A stretch of 64,000 nucleotides of DNA from an uncultured Gammaproteobacteria bacterium (GTDB lineage: Bacteria > Patescibacteriota > Microgenomatia > Levybacterales > GWA1-39-11), in the NCBI GenBank assembly GCA_964651815.1, contig CAZYWG010000003.1, positions 52,531 through 116,530 on the forward strand, written 5' to 3'. Below, piece after piece: positions 31,517 to 40,582 of this stretch. A program made the translations under genes and the position numbers. Numbering within the stretch: position 1 is the stretch's first letter; each line of letters begins with the position of its first letter. The notes beneath the pieces were generated by a model that had not been told where the DNA came from, did no database searches, and saw only the letters and a list, made by a program, of their open reading frames with translations.

Positions 31517-32033
31517 AAATAACTTTTTTGCCCCTCGCCTCTTATCTTCCCAGGGTTTCACCCTCATTGAACTTCTTGTAGTCATAGCAATTCTCGGAAT
31601 TCTCTCTTTCGTTTTAACAACTACAATCAATCCACTTGATAAAATTAACGCTGCAAATGACGCAAGAGCCATTTCCACAATAACTCAACTTGGCAAGGCA
31701 ATGGATTCATGCGAAACATTTCATGATGATGCAAAACCATCTCCTGCCGGGAATTCGTTCTTTCCTGACTCTATATGTGACTTAAACACTGTTGAGGAAG
31801 TTAAATTTACTACAATTGCCGCAATAAATAATTATACATTTTACTATTTTGTAACGCCCGCAACCTGCAAAAACAATAAGTCAGTCAAATGTACGGGCTA
31901 CCTATTTGGTATTGGTACGCTAGCGTCAAAAAAATTCATAGCTAAGCCCTACTTTGTTTATACGAACGGAAAAGGTTGTTACATTGGTAATATTCCATCT
32001 TTGTCAAGTATTGGAGCCACATCTTGCCCATAG
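31395..32033 (+). CDS. Type IV pilin-like protein (start codon unresolved)
   Basis: QG|FTLIELLVVIAILGIL at ~31554; no ATG/GTG/TTG between the pilD stop and the motif. Confidence 0.8.
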   Translation: MGINILKAPFRLVRSWLLGLSLPVFGEKAQLNLFSKFSIGKNNFFAPRLLSSQGFTLIELLVVIAILGILSFVLTTTINPLDKINAANDARAISTITQLGKAMDSCETFHDDAKPSPAGNSFFPDSICDLNTVEEVKFTTIAAINNYTFYYFVTPATCKNNKSVKCTGYLFGIGTLASKKFIAKPYFVYTNGKGCYIGNIPSLSSIGATSCP

Positions 32034-32125
32034 AAAAAGTCTTTATCAACAACAGAATCCATTTTATTGGTTTTTAAAATCACATTTTCTTGACAGCACC
32101 CCATAATTATTTCATACTAAGTGTA

Positions 32126-32629
32126 ATGCATAAAAAAGGATTTACATTAATCGAATTGGTTGTTGTAATTACAATACTCAGTATTCTTGCAGTTGTTCTT
32201 GTTACGCTTCTCAATCCAGTTACCCAATTTCAAAAGACTAACGATACACAGAGGAAAAGTGATTTGTATCAAGTCCAGAAGGCTTTGGAAACATATTATG
32301 CCGACCATGGTAGTTATCCAATAAGCACGGGTGCCTACACTATAAGTGACAGTAATGGAGCGCACGCCTGGGGTACTAACTGGCCTTCTTATATGGATGT
32401 ATTGCCGCAGGATCCCAAAACAGCGTCTGGTAAAACATACATTTATTATTCTCTCGATGGGCAGAGCTATAAACTTTATACAAATCTTGAGCGCGGCGGC
32501 AATGACCCTCAGGCATGTAATGTCAGTGGTACGGATTGTCCCCACGTCCCGGGAAATCCAGGGTCAAACTTGTGTGGTGGTGGCAGCTCATGTAATTATG
32601 GGCTTTCAAGTCCAAACGTATCGCCGTAA
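32126..32629 (+). CDS. GspG-like pilin
   Basis: MHKKG|FTLIELVVV, QRKSDL..ALETYY, LPQDP. The track's TTG start is the -35 box (TTGACA-N17-CATACT-N7-ATG). Confidence 0.9.
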   Translation: MHKKGFTLIELVVVITILSILAVVLVTLLNPVTQFQKTNDTQRKSDLYQVQKALETYYADHGSYPISTGAYTISDSNGAHAWGTNWPSYMDVLPQDPKTASGKTYIYYSLDGQSYKLYTNLERGGNDPQACNVSGTDCPHVPGNPGSNLCGGGSSCNYGLSSPNVSP

Positions 32630-32668
32630 GAGATTGATTAAATATTAGATATTATATATTATAAAAAT

Positions 32669-33157
32669 ATGCCCAAAGCTATCCTAAAAAAGTCCACGGT
32701 CCGTGGTCCACAGTCTACTGCTTCCGGCTTTACGCTTATCGAATTACTAGTTGTTATTAGTATAATTTCTATTCTAGCGTCTCTGCTTTTGGCAAATTTT
32801 GTTGGAATAAGGCAGCGAGCGCGCGACGGACAAAGAAAATCAGACCTTCGCCAAATCCAAGGCGCACTCGAGTTATACCGCGCTGACAATGGTGCCTATC
32901 CTACTCCCGCAAGCGGAATTACACTAGTTACTTGTAATTCAGCTTTTAGTAACGGTACTACGGTGTATATGTCCAAAGTTCCGTGTGATCCTTTATCATC
33001 AACGGGTTACAACTCCGCCAATTACGGATATTCATCAGCTGGCACTACCTATAATTTGTGTGCTTGTTTGGAAAACGCAAACGATCCTGATATTAATACT
33101 ACAAACGGCACTCTTGGCTGCACCAGCACAAAATTTATCTGTTACACCAACCCATAA
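32669..33157 (+). CDS. GspG-like pilin
   Basis: SG|FTLIELL, RARDGQRKSDL..IQGALELY, VPCDP, CACLEN. Confidence 0.92.
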   Translation: MPKAILKKSTVRGPQSTASGFTLIELLVVISIISILASLLLANFVGIRQRARDGQRKSDLRQIQGALELYRADNGAYPTPASGITLVTCNSAFSNGTTVYMSKVPCDPLSSTGYNSANYGYSSAGTTYNLCACLENANDPDINTTNGTLGCTSTKFICYTNP

Positions 33158-33168
33158 AACTCTAAGAA

Positions 33169-33738
33169 ATGAAAAATGAAAGAAAGATTAATTCCCAGGT
33201 ATTATCAGCCTCAACAGAAAGCAACAAAAAGGGTTTTACCCTAATCGAGCTTTTAGTCACTTTTTCTATACTTTCAGTTTTAGCTTCAATTGGGTTTCTA
33301 TCTTTTGTAACTTATAGCAGAAAACAAATCATTCAACAGTCTGCCTCAGATTTAAAACAAGCAATTGACATTGCAAGGAATAATTCACTCTCAGTGGTAA
33401 AACCAGCGGGCTGCCCTGCAAACAGCGAGCTGTCTTCATATATAGTCAGCATTTGCGTAGGGGGTAATCCTACATGTAATGTTGGCGGAACTATTTATAC
33501 AGGCAACAATTATTATGAAACACGTGCTAATTGTCAACCAACGCAAGTCGTATCACTTCAAAAAAAGCTTCCACAAAATGCTTCATTTGGAGGCAGCAGT
33601 CCATGTCAAAATATTACGTTTGCAAGTGTCCGTCCGCAGACAACCGGGGTTCCATGTGCTGTTAATATAACGCTTAACGGTCAAACTTTAACAGTTTCAG
33701 TAGATTCACAAGGATACGTATCATTTCCTACAAACTAG
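33169..33738 (+). CDS. Minor pilin (FimT/FimU-like)
   Basis: KKG|FTLIELLV. Confidence 0.85.
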   Translation: MKNERKINSQVLSASTESNKKGFTLIELLVTFSILSVLASIGFLSFVTYSRKQIIQQSASDLKQAIDIARNNSLSVVKPAGCPANSELSSYIVSICVGGNPTCNVGGTIYTGNNYYETRANCQPTQVVSLQKKLPQNASFGGSSPCQNITFASVRPQTTGVPCAVNITLNGQTLTVSVDSQGYVSFPTN

Positions 33739-33769
33739 TATTAAAAATTTTTTGTTTTTGGATATGTTT

Positions 33770-34249
33770 ATGAAAAAGAATTGGTCATTTATAGTTGGTT
33801 CTGAAGGGCAAAGCATAATAGAAGCGCTTGTTGCGCTTTCTTCCATTTTAATTTCACTCGCAGCAATTTCTGTTGCAATAATAACAAGTGTCAACAACAC
33901 ACAGTTCATAAAAGACCAATCTATCGCTTCAAAATACGCACAACAAGGCATGGAATACATAAAATATATTAGGAATAATGACCCCGCGACTTTCTTTTCT
34001 TACAATGGCATAAAATGTATGAACCAGGACGATTCCTTTTTAAATACATCATGTTCCAGTGCAAACATAGCTGGAGCATATAAGAGAGAGGCTGAATTTA
34101 GTCAAAATGATTCTCAATGTGTCGCAGCAACCAAGGTAACCGTCACAGTTTACTGGACAAGTACTAAGTGTCAAAGTGGATCTTTTTGTCATTCCTCATC
34201 ACTAATATCCTGTTTTTCAACAATACCCGTTTCTCTTAAATCCTTATGA
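33770..34249 (+). CDS. Minor pilin (PilV-like)
   Basis: EG|QSIIEALVAL, AQQGMEYI, KVTVTVYW. Start could be 33764. Confidence 0.82.
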   Translation: MKKNWSFIVGSEGQSIIEALVALSSILISLAAISVAIITSVNNTQFIKDQSIASKYAQQGMEYIKYIRNNDPATFFSYNGIKCMNQDDSFLNTSCSSANIAGAYKREAEFSQNDSQCVAATKVTVTVYWTSTKCQSGSFCHSSSLISCFSTIPVSLKSL

Positions 34250-34803
34250 CAAAACACAAAATAAATCAGAAAATTTTTGGATATACGGTTATAGAACTTC
34301 TGGCAGTTGTTTCAATTTTGGTTATAATAGCCGGTGTAGTATCAGGTATTTTGTATTCAACTCTACGTGGAAGCGGCAAGGTGAAAGTTACTGGCGAAAT
34401 AATTCAAAATGGCCAATATGCTATATCTGTTGTTAGGTCTATTATTGACGACTCACGTAATGTTACGCTTATTGATGGCGTTGCGCCTGATTGTACGCAG
34501 CCTATTCCTACTCCTGGTGCATCTTCAATCACATTTAAACGATTAGATAATACTACGACTACAATTTCGTGTGTAGGACCACCTTCCTATGCTATTGCTT
34601 CAAACAGTGCGTCGCTTGTTAACACCCAAAGTGTTAAGATACAAAACTGCATATTTTCGTGTGCTCAGCTAGTAAGCGATCCTTACTCCGTGCCAATAAT
34701 TAACGTTACATTTACAGTTTCAGACCGTGGTACGGGATTATTTGAAAGTCGTGCTTCCTCAGTATTTACAACCTCCTCTTCTCTTAGGAGTTATTCCCCG
34801 TAA
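34246..34803 (+). CDS. Minor pilin (PilW-like)
   Basis: FG|YTVIELLAVV. Confidence 0.82.
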   Translation: MTKHKINQKIFGYTVIELLAVVSILVIIAGVVSGILYSTLRGSGKVKVTGEIIQNGQYAISVVRSIIDDSRNVTLIDGVAPDCTQPIPTPGASSITFKRLDNTTTTISCVGPPSYAIASNSASLVNTQSVKIQNCIFSCAQLVSDPYSVPIINVTFTVSDRGTGLFESRASSVFTTSSSLRSYSP

Positions 34804-34874
34804 AAATTCCGGGCACAACTGTCCGTTTCGAGCGAGGGTTGACACGCTCATTCATTTTTATTTATGATAGATAT

Positions 34875-35699
34875 ATGGTAAAAAACCCAAATTCAGGGCA
34901 AATGCTTCTTGTTGTGGTTTTGACAATGATTGTTGCGCTCACTGTGGGTTTATCAGTCGCCTCAAGAACGGTTACCAACCTCAAACTTTCACGCCAAAAT
35001 GATGAGTCAGAACGCGCTTTTCAAGCAGCAGAGGCTGGGGTTCAGCAAGTTTTACAATCGGGAAGCGCACTTAACAACCCAAATTTTCAAAATAACGCTA
35101 CATATAATATCGGATCCGTTTCTCATTTAAACGGCGCGAGTATTGGGCTTAATGGTGGAGAGATTGTTGACCAGGATTCTGGGCTTGATGTCTGGCTTTC
35201 AAATTATCCCGATTTTAGTAGCACTATGGGAAACGGTAGTGCTGCTAGCATTACGTTGTATTGGGGTACAGATAATCAGACTACATGCAATACAGGTGGT
35301 TTATCAAACGTTAAATCCGCTCTTGAAATTGCCATACTTTCAGGAAACAAGCTGAATCCCACATTTACTAAAAATTTATATGAGGCAAACACTTGTGGAA
35401 GAATTGCCGGCGCTCTTGCTCCAACCGGTGGGAACGTTACTCCAAGCGGCACAAGCGTTCACTACCAAAATTACGTGACTTTTACAGTTACAAACGGTTT
35501 GATTATGAAAGTAATTCCCATTTATAATTCTTCAAAGATTTTTGCGATATCAAATACAGGGGGCGTAACTTTTCCTCCACAAGGGACCCTGGTGCAGGCA
35601 ACTGGGACTGCCGGAGATACAGTCCGCAAAATAACATATTTTGCTTCTTACCCTCAGATACCTGTTGAAATGTTTCCATATGCACTTATTACACAATGA
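34875..35699 (+). CDS. PilX-like minor pilin
   Basis: SG|QMLLVVVL (no Glu5), RAFQAAEAGV; TTGACA-N18-TATGAT-N6-ATG promoter. Confidence 0.82.
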   Translation: MVKNPNSGQMLLVVVLTMIVALTVGLSVASRTVTNLKLSRQNDESERAFQAAEAGVQQVLQSGSALNNPNFQNNATYNIGSVSHLNGASIGLNGGEIVDQDSGLDVWLSNYPDFSSTMGNGSAASITLYWGTDNQTTCNTGGLSNVKSALEIAILSGNKLNPTFTKNLYEANTCGRIAGALAPTGGNVTPSGTSVHYQNYVTFTVTNGLIMKVIPIYNSSKIFAISNTGGVTFPPQGTLVQATGTAGDTVRKITYFASYPQIPVEMFPYALITQ

Positions 35700-36727
35700 A
35701 AACAAAAACAATTGGCCTTGATATAGGAAGCACCTCTATCAGGGTTGCACACTTAAGGCATGAAGGAAATTCCTTTACCCTCGACTCTATTGCATCTATG
35801 CCGCAAAATACAAACGGATTGATATCCGATTCATTACTTGACCAGCAAGGGCTTGCAGATTCGATAAAAAAACTTATTTCTTCAGCAAATATTCACACCA
35901 AGGAAGTTGTGCTTTCAATTCCTGATAGCATGGTTTATACCAAAATAATACAAATGCCACAGCTTTCAGACCAAGAATTATCTGCAGCTTTAAAATTTGA
36001 AATGGAACAATACATACCTCTCCCAGTTGATCAGGTAAAGACAGATTGGGAAGTGCTTAGTAGGAATGAAACAAGTGGGAAAAAGACAATGAATGTCATG
36101 ATTGTTGCGGCCCCTCTCTCACTTCTTTCAAAATATGAAAAAATTATGGACATGGCGGGCTTGCTACCTGATGCAATTGAGACTGAGATTGTATCTGCCC
36201 ACCGTTCATTATTACCGCTAATTAACAATCCCGAGGCAAATATGATTGTGCATATTGGAGCCATAACTACAAGCATTGCAATAGTTAAAGAAGGTAAAAT
36301 AAAAATGATTTTTTCGCTAGGGCTTGGTGGGGCAGCTATGACTCGCTCAATATCAGTTGATCTTGGTATAGATATATCGCAAGCTGAAAATTACAAAAAA
36401 GCTTATGGACTTTCACAATCGGCATTTGAAGGGAAGATCGCAAAAGTCCTTGACCCTGTTTTGACATCTATAGTAGCAGACGTTAAAAAAGCAATGCTAT
36501 CTTACCATGAAAAAAATAACAACGAAAATATTAAACAATTGGTTTTGTCGGGCGGCTCCTCTCTCCTCCCAGGACTTGATGTTTATCTAACAAACGCATT
36601 ATCCACTCAAGTAGTTTTGGGTCGTGCTTGGTCTGCTTATAACATTTCAAATATACCTGATGAGTTACAGTCCCAAGCACCCGCATACAATGTAGCGATT
36701 GGTTTGGCTCTACGTAATTTAGTATGA
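35696..36727 (+). CDS. pilM: Type IV pilus assembly protein PilM
   Basis: IGLDIGS, EQYIPLP, VLSGGSS, AIGLALR. Confidence 0.93.
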   Translation: MKTKTIGLDIGSTSIRVAHLRHEGNSFTLDSIASMPQNTNGLISDSLLDQQGLADSIKKLISSANIHTKEVVLSIPDSMVYTKIIQMPQLSDQELSAALKFEMEQYIPLPVDQVKTDWEVLSRNETSGKKTMNVMIVAAPLSLLSKYEKIMDMAGLLPDAIETEIVSAHRSLLPLINNPEANMIVHIGAITTSIAIVKEGKIKMIFSLGLGGAAMTRSISVDLGIDISQAENYKKAYGLSQSAFEGKIAKVLDPVLTSIVADVKKAMLSYHEKNNNENIKQLVLSGGSSLLPGLDVYLTNALSTQVVLGRAWSAYNISNIPDELQSQAPAYNVAIGLALRNLV

Positions 36728-37263
36728 AAGAAGATATAAACCTAGTCCCTCAAAAAAAAGAAGAACGAAAAATGTTAAACAACTATTTTTATGCTTCTTT
36801 GGGATTTTTTTCAGTGATGTTTTTGTTAGGTGCACTGCTTATCGCTTATTCATTAATAATTAGGGCTGGACTTGGGGGACTTACAAATGAGGAAGCAAAT
36901 GTCCGTTCACAGCTCACTGCACTATCTGGGAGAATAGGTAAAATTGCTTTGGTAAATGAACGTACGGACTCTATAAAAAATATTATTTCAAATCGGGATA
37001 AATTGACTATTTTGACTTCAAATCTTCTTGCCGCAATCCCTAATACTTTCACAATATCTTCACTAGTTGGGACAGATAAAGCAATACAACTTGCAATATC
37101 ATCAAATAGTTTAGCCGATTTTGACAATTTCTTTGAGCAAATCGTTCCTAAACTTGCAAAAAATAAGCTTTCAAGTATTTCCTCGGTAGAAATTAGTTCG
37201 TTTAGCCAGGATGGGGATGGGTACTCACTATCTGTGAGTTTTTTATTAAGTCAGCCTAAATAA
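36724..37263 (+). CDS. PilN-like protein
   Basis: INLVP motif, TM helix and coiled coil; follows pilM. Confidence 0.8.
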   Translation: MKEDINLVPQKKEERKMLNNYFYASLGFFSVMFLLGALLIAYSLIIRAGLGGLTNEEANVRSQLTALSGRIGKIALVNERTDSIKNIISNRDKLTILTSNLLAAIPNTFTISSLVGTDKAIQLAISSNSLADFDNFFEQIVPKLAKNKLSSISSVEISSFSQDGDGYSLSVSFLLSQPK

Positions 37264-37267
37264 TTAT

Positions 37268-37918
37268 ATGAAGTATAAAATTCCGGAAATTATTATTAAA
37301 CATAAAAAAATATTAACTCCACTGCTTTTTATAGTATTGGGTATATTTGTGTTGTTGTTTATAATAATACCTCAATTTTCAACTATTTCTGATTTAAATA
37401 ATCAGGTTGCTGCAGAAAATGATAAAGTAAATACACTTAAAAATTCTCTGCAAGTTGTTTCATCCCAAGATGACCAAGACTTAAACGCAAAAGTGGGAAT
37501 TGCAACGGATGCATTGCCTACAGCAAAAGATGTATCAAGAATTTTTTCGGCGCTATCCCAAGCTTCTGATGCTTCCCAAACAGTACTTGGAGAATTTTCT
37601 TTGAACGTTGGAGCAATATACGGTCGTGCTCAGCAACTGGAAGGAAAAATACAAGGGACCCCGTCAATTACCGTAAATGTACGTGTTGAAGGTAATGGTG
37701 CTCGGGAGCTTTCTGATTTTGCAAAAGACTTGCAAAAAGCACTTCCTCTTTCGGAAATTAGACAAATGGGAATTTCTGACAATTCAGCTTCTTATCAAAT
37801 CAACTTTTTTTATAAGCCTGTAGATTTATCGGTTATATCAAAACAAGACAAGGTTGTTCTTCCAAATCAGAATGCCGTGAATTTGCTTAATGAGCTTAAA
37901 ACTTGGGAAAGCCAATAA
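37268..37918 (+). CDS. PilO-like protein
   Basis: TM helix, coiled coil, ALP motif; third gene of the pilMNO arrangement. Confidence 0.75.
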   Translation: MKYKIPEIIIKHKKILTPLLFIVLGIFVLLFIIIPQFSTISDLNNQVAAENDKVNTLKNSLQVVSSQDDQDLNAKVGIATDALPTAKDVSRIFSALSQASDASQTVLGEFSLNVGAIYGRAQQLEGKIQGTPSITVNVRVEGNGARELSDFAKDLQKALPLSEIRQMGISDNSASYQINFFYKPVDLSVISKQDKVVLPNQNAVNLLNELKTWESQ

Positions 37919-37921
37919 GAT

Positions 37922-38611
37922 CTATTTATTTAGGGTAAGATCTGGTCTTTTCTTTTTTGTCAATTCACGGGCTTTTTCTTTTCTGTAGACTTCAATGGTT
38001 TTAAAATTTCCTGACAATAGCTCTTTTGGAACCCTTCTATTTTTGTAAATTGCAGGACGAGTATAATGTGGATGTTCAAGAATTCTATTTCCGTCAACAT
38101 CTGAAAAAGATTCAAATGCAGTTGCTTCACTGTTTTTTAAAACGCCCGGTACAAGCCTCACAACTGATTCCGCTATTGCGGCAGCTGCTATTTCTCCGCC
38201 AGAAAGGACAAAGTCGCCAATAGAGATTTCCAAGTCAACAAGTTTTCTAATTCGTTCATCAAATCCCTCATAATGGCCACATACGAGAATTAAATGATCG
38301 AGTTTTGAAAATTTTTCAGCCGTTTTTTGTTTGTAAACCTCCCCTTTTGGGTCAAGAAGTGCTACTTTCTCACGTCCTTTTTTTAGTCTTACTGAATTTA
38401 TGGCTTGGTCTAATACATCTACCCTAAGAACCATCCCTACTCCCCCACCGTAAGGTTTGTCATCAACTGTTTTGTGGCGCCCAATCCCAAAATCCCGTAA
38501 GTCTACTATGTTTATTTTGATTTGGCCTTTTCTTTGGGCACGGCGAATTATAGAGTATGCAAAAATGGATTCAAACATTGAGGGGAAAAGCGTAATGATA
38601 CTTATCTGCAT
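37922..38611 (-). CDS. trmD: tRNA (guanine-N1)-methyltransferase
   Basis: VDDKPYGGGVGM, CGHYEGFDER, SIGDFVLSGGE, PHYTRP. Confidence 0.97.
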   Translation of the reverse strand: MQISIITLFPSMFESIFAYSIIRRAQRKGQIKINIVDLRDFGIGRHKTVDDKPYGGGVGMVLRVDVLDQAINSVRLKKGREKVALLDPKGEVYKQKTAEKFSKLDHLILVCGHYEGFDERIRKLVDLEISIGDFVLSGGEIAAAAIAESVVRLVPGVLKNSEATAFESFSDVDGNRILEHPHYTRPAIYKNRRVPKELLSGNFKTIEVYRKEKARELTKKKRPDLTLNK

Positions 38612-38847
38612 TATGCCACGTTCGCTTCGTTGACTTGAATGTCAATTCGTACGTTGTCGCGAATAGCGCGAATCTTGAGGACATTCTTTAAGGCATTAAT
38701 GGTTTTGCCACCTTTTCCAATTACCATTCCAACATTGTCTTTTGGAACATTAACAAAAAAAGTGGTAAAGTCTTCATTTGCTTCTTCTGAGACTTCAACT
38801 TCTTCACCCAAAATTCCATTAAGCATGTAGGCGAGTAAATCTTTCAT
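38611..38847 (-). CDS. KH-domain RNA-binding protein (KhpA-like)
   Basis: GMVIGKGGKTINAL; lies between rpsP and trmD. Confidence 0.9.
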   Translation of the reverse strand: MKDLLAYMLNGILGEEVEVSEEANEDFTTFFVNVPKDNVGMVIGKGGKTINALKNVLKIRAIRDNVRIDIQVNEANVA

Positions 38848-38856
38848 AGGATATTA

Positions 38857-39114
38857 TTACGCGGCAAGCCCTTCTTTTTCATTTTTGAAGGTAAGCATTT
38901 TCTCAACGGCCGGAGTCATTTGTGCTCCACGGGATTGCCAGAGCTTTAGTTTTGCAGCATCAATTCTTTTTACAATTTTGGTGTTTGAAACCTTTTCATA
39001 TGACCCGATTGTGTCAACAGCGTCACCATCACGTTTGGAGCGCTTTTCTTTTACTACAACGCGATATTTGGCTTCACCTTTTCTTCCGATTCTTGAAAGT
39101 CTAATTACTAACAT
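38857..39114 (-). CDS. rpsP: 30S ribosomal protein S16
   Basis: IRLSRIGRK..YRVVV..RSKRDG, GAQMT. Confidence 0.95.
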   Translation of the reverse strand: MLVIRLSRIGRKGEAKYRVVVKEKRSKRDGDAVDTIGSYEKVSNTKIVKRIDAAKLKLWQSRGAQMTPAVEKMLTFKNEKEGLAA

Positions 39115-39170
39115 GTAAAGGCTATTTTACCATTTTTAAGTATTAAGAGTCAATCAATGTGGAAATGGTG

Positions 39171-39827
39171 TTAAAGAGAAGTTTCGAGGGCCGCGCGGGC
39201 GGCTGCTTTTTCAGCTTCTTGCTTTGAAGAACCCACACCCTCTGCTAGCAATTTTTCATCAATATAAACCCCGACTGTGTAAGATTTATCGTGATCCGGT
39301 CCTTCTTCTTTTATAATTTTGTAGAGTGGGGACATTTTATGGGTTTCCTGGATTTTTTCTTGAAGTGCTGATTTAGGATCTTTTAAGCCTTGTTCTTCAA
39401 TAATTTTTTCAGAACGGCTTATTATATTGTCCTCAATAAATTTTTTGGCTGCGTCAATCCCTTGATCTATATACAAACCTCCAATTAGCGCTTCTAGAGT
39501 ATTTGCAAGTATGGTTTTATTTTGACGGCCGCCGCTAGTCTCTTCTCCTTTTGACAATTTTAGGTGCTCACCAAGCTCGAGTTCTTTTGAAATTTCATAT
39601 AGTGTTTCAGTATTTGTCAAAACGGATCTAATGCTTGTTAACTGTCCCTCTTTTAAATTTACATGCTGATTAAATATATGGGAAGAGACTACAAAGGACA
39701 GGATGCTGTCTCCTAAAAATTCTAGCCGTTCGTTTGATTCGAGGCCCTCACCCATTTCATTTAAGTATGACCTGTGAATAAAAACCTTCTCTTTTAGTTT
39801 TTGATTTTTAAATTGTGGAAGTATCAT
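39171..39827 (-). CDS. rnc: Ribonuclease III
   Basis: NERLEFLGDSIL, EALIGGLY, dsRBD DPKSALQE. Confidence 0.97.
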   Translation of the reverse strand: MILPQFKNQKLKEKVFIHRSYLNEMGEGLESNERLEFLGDSILSFVVSSHIFNQHVNLKEGQLTSIRSVLTNTETLYEISKELELGEHLKLSKGEETSGGRQNKTILANTLEALIGGLYIDQGIDAAKKFIEDNIISRSEKIIEEQGLKDPKSALQEKIQETHKMSPLYKIIKEEGPDHDKSYTVGVYIDEKLLAEGVGSSKQEAEKAAARAALETSL

Positions 39828-40180
39828 GATAAATCTTTTACTAATTTTCCAAGAGCGCCGTTTATAAATGCCGAGGATGAGTCATTGCCGAATTCTTTTG
39901 CAAGCTCAATTGCCTCATCAATTACTACTTTTTGCGGTATATCATTTTCAGTCATGAGTTCGTAAACCCCAAGCCTGAGAATTGCAAGATCTACTCTATT
40001 TATTTTTTCTATTGGAAATTCCGGTGCAATCATTCTTATTTTATCATCAATTGACTCTTTATTTTCAAGGATTAATTTGACTGTGGCGTTTTTGGAACTT
40101 TGTTTTTTAAAACTTTGCGCAAACAAGTCTTTCACTATTTCTTGGCGATTTTTGTGTCTGGGGTCAAGTGCGGTTTTCAT
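39824..40180 (-). CDS. nusB: Transcription antitermination factor NusB
   Basis: VDLAILRL, VIDEAIELAKEFG, FINGAL. Confidence 0.93.
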   Translation of the reverse strand: MKTALDPRHKNRQEIVKDLFAQSFKKQSSKNATVKLILENKESIDDKIRMIAPEFPIEKINRVDLAILRLGVYELMTENDIPQKVVIDEAIELAKEFGNDSSSAFINGALGKLVKDLS

Positions 40181-40262
40181 TTCTGAAGTTTAGAAGTTTT
40201 GTTGCTTTGAGGCTTTGATTTACGAAGCTTCCAAGTAACCAAAATTCTAAGTGTCTTAATTA

Positions 40263-40433
40263 TTATACTACTTTCTTTCCTTTGTAATATCCACACGCAG
40301 GGCAAACGGTATGCGGTGCGACCGCGGACCCGCAATTGCGGCAAACTGTAACTGTTGGCATTGCGAGAGAAATTGCAGCACGGCGCTTTCCCTGACGGGC
40401 GCGAGAATGTCTTTTTTTAGGTTCGTGTGGCAT
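40263..40433 (-). CDS. rpmF: 50S ribosomal protein L32
   Basis: Manual translation: MPHEPKKRHSRARQGKRRAA...CRNCG...PHTVCPACGYYKGKKVV* (56 aa, not in the ORF track). Confidence 0.95.
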   Translation of the reverse strand: MPHEPKKRHSRARQGKRRAAISLAMPTVTVCRNCGSAVAPHTVCPACGYYKGKKVV

Positions 40434-40582
40434 GGTTAAATGTTAAAAATACTACCAATGCCACAAATACTATAAATTTTTAAATGATGAAAAATCGAAA
40501 TCATTTAACTATTTGATATTGGTAGTATTGGTACTGTATTGGTAGTATTATATCTGATTTTGCCTCAAATCGCAATATTTAC

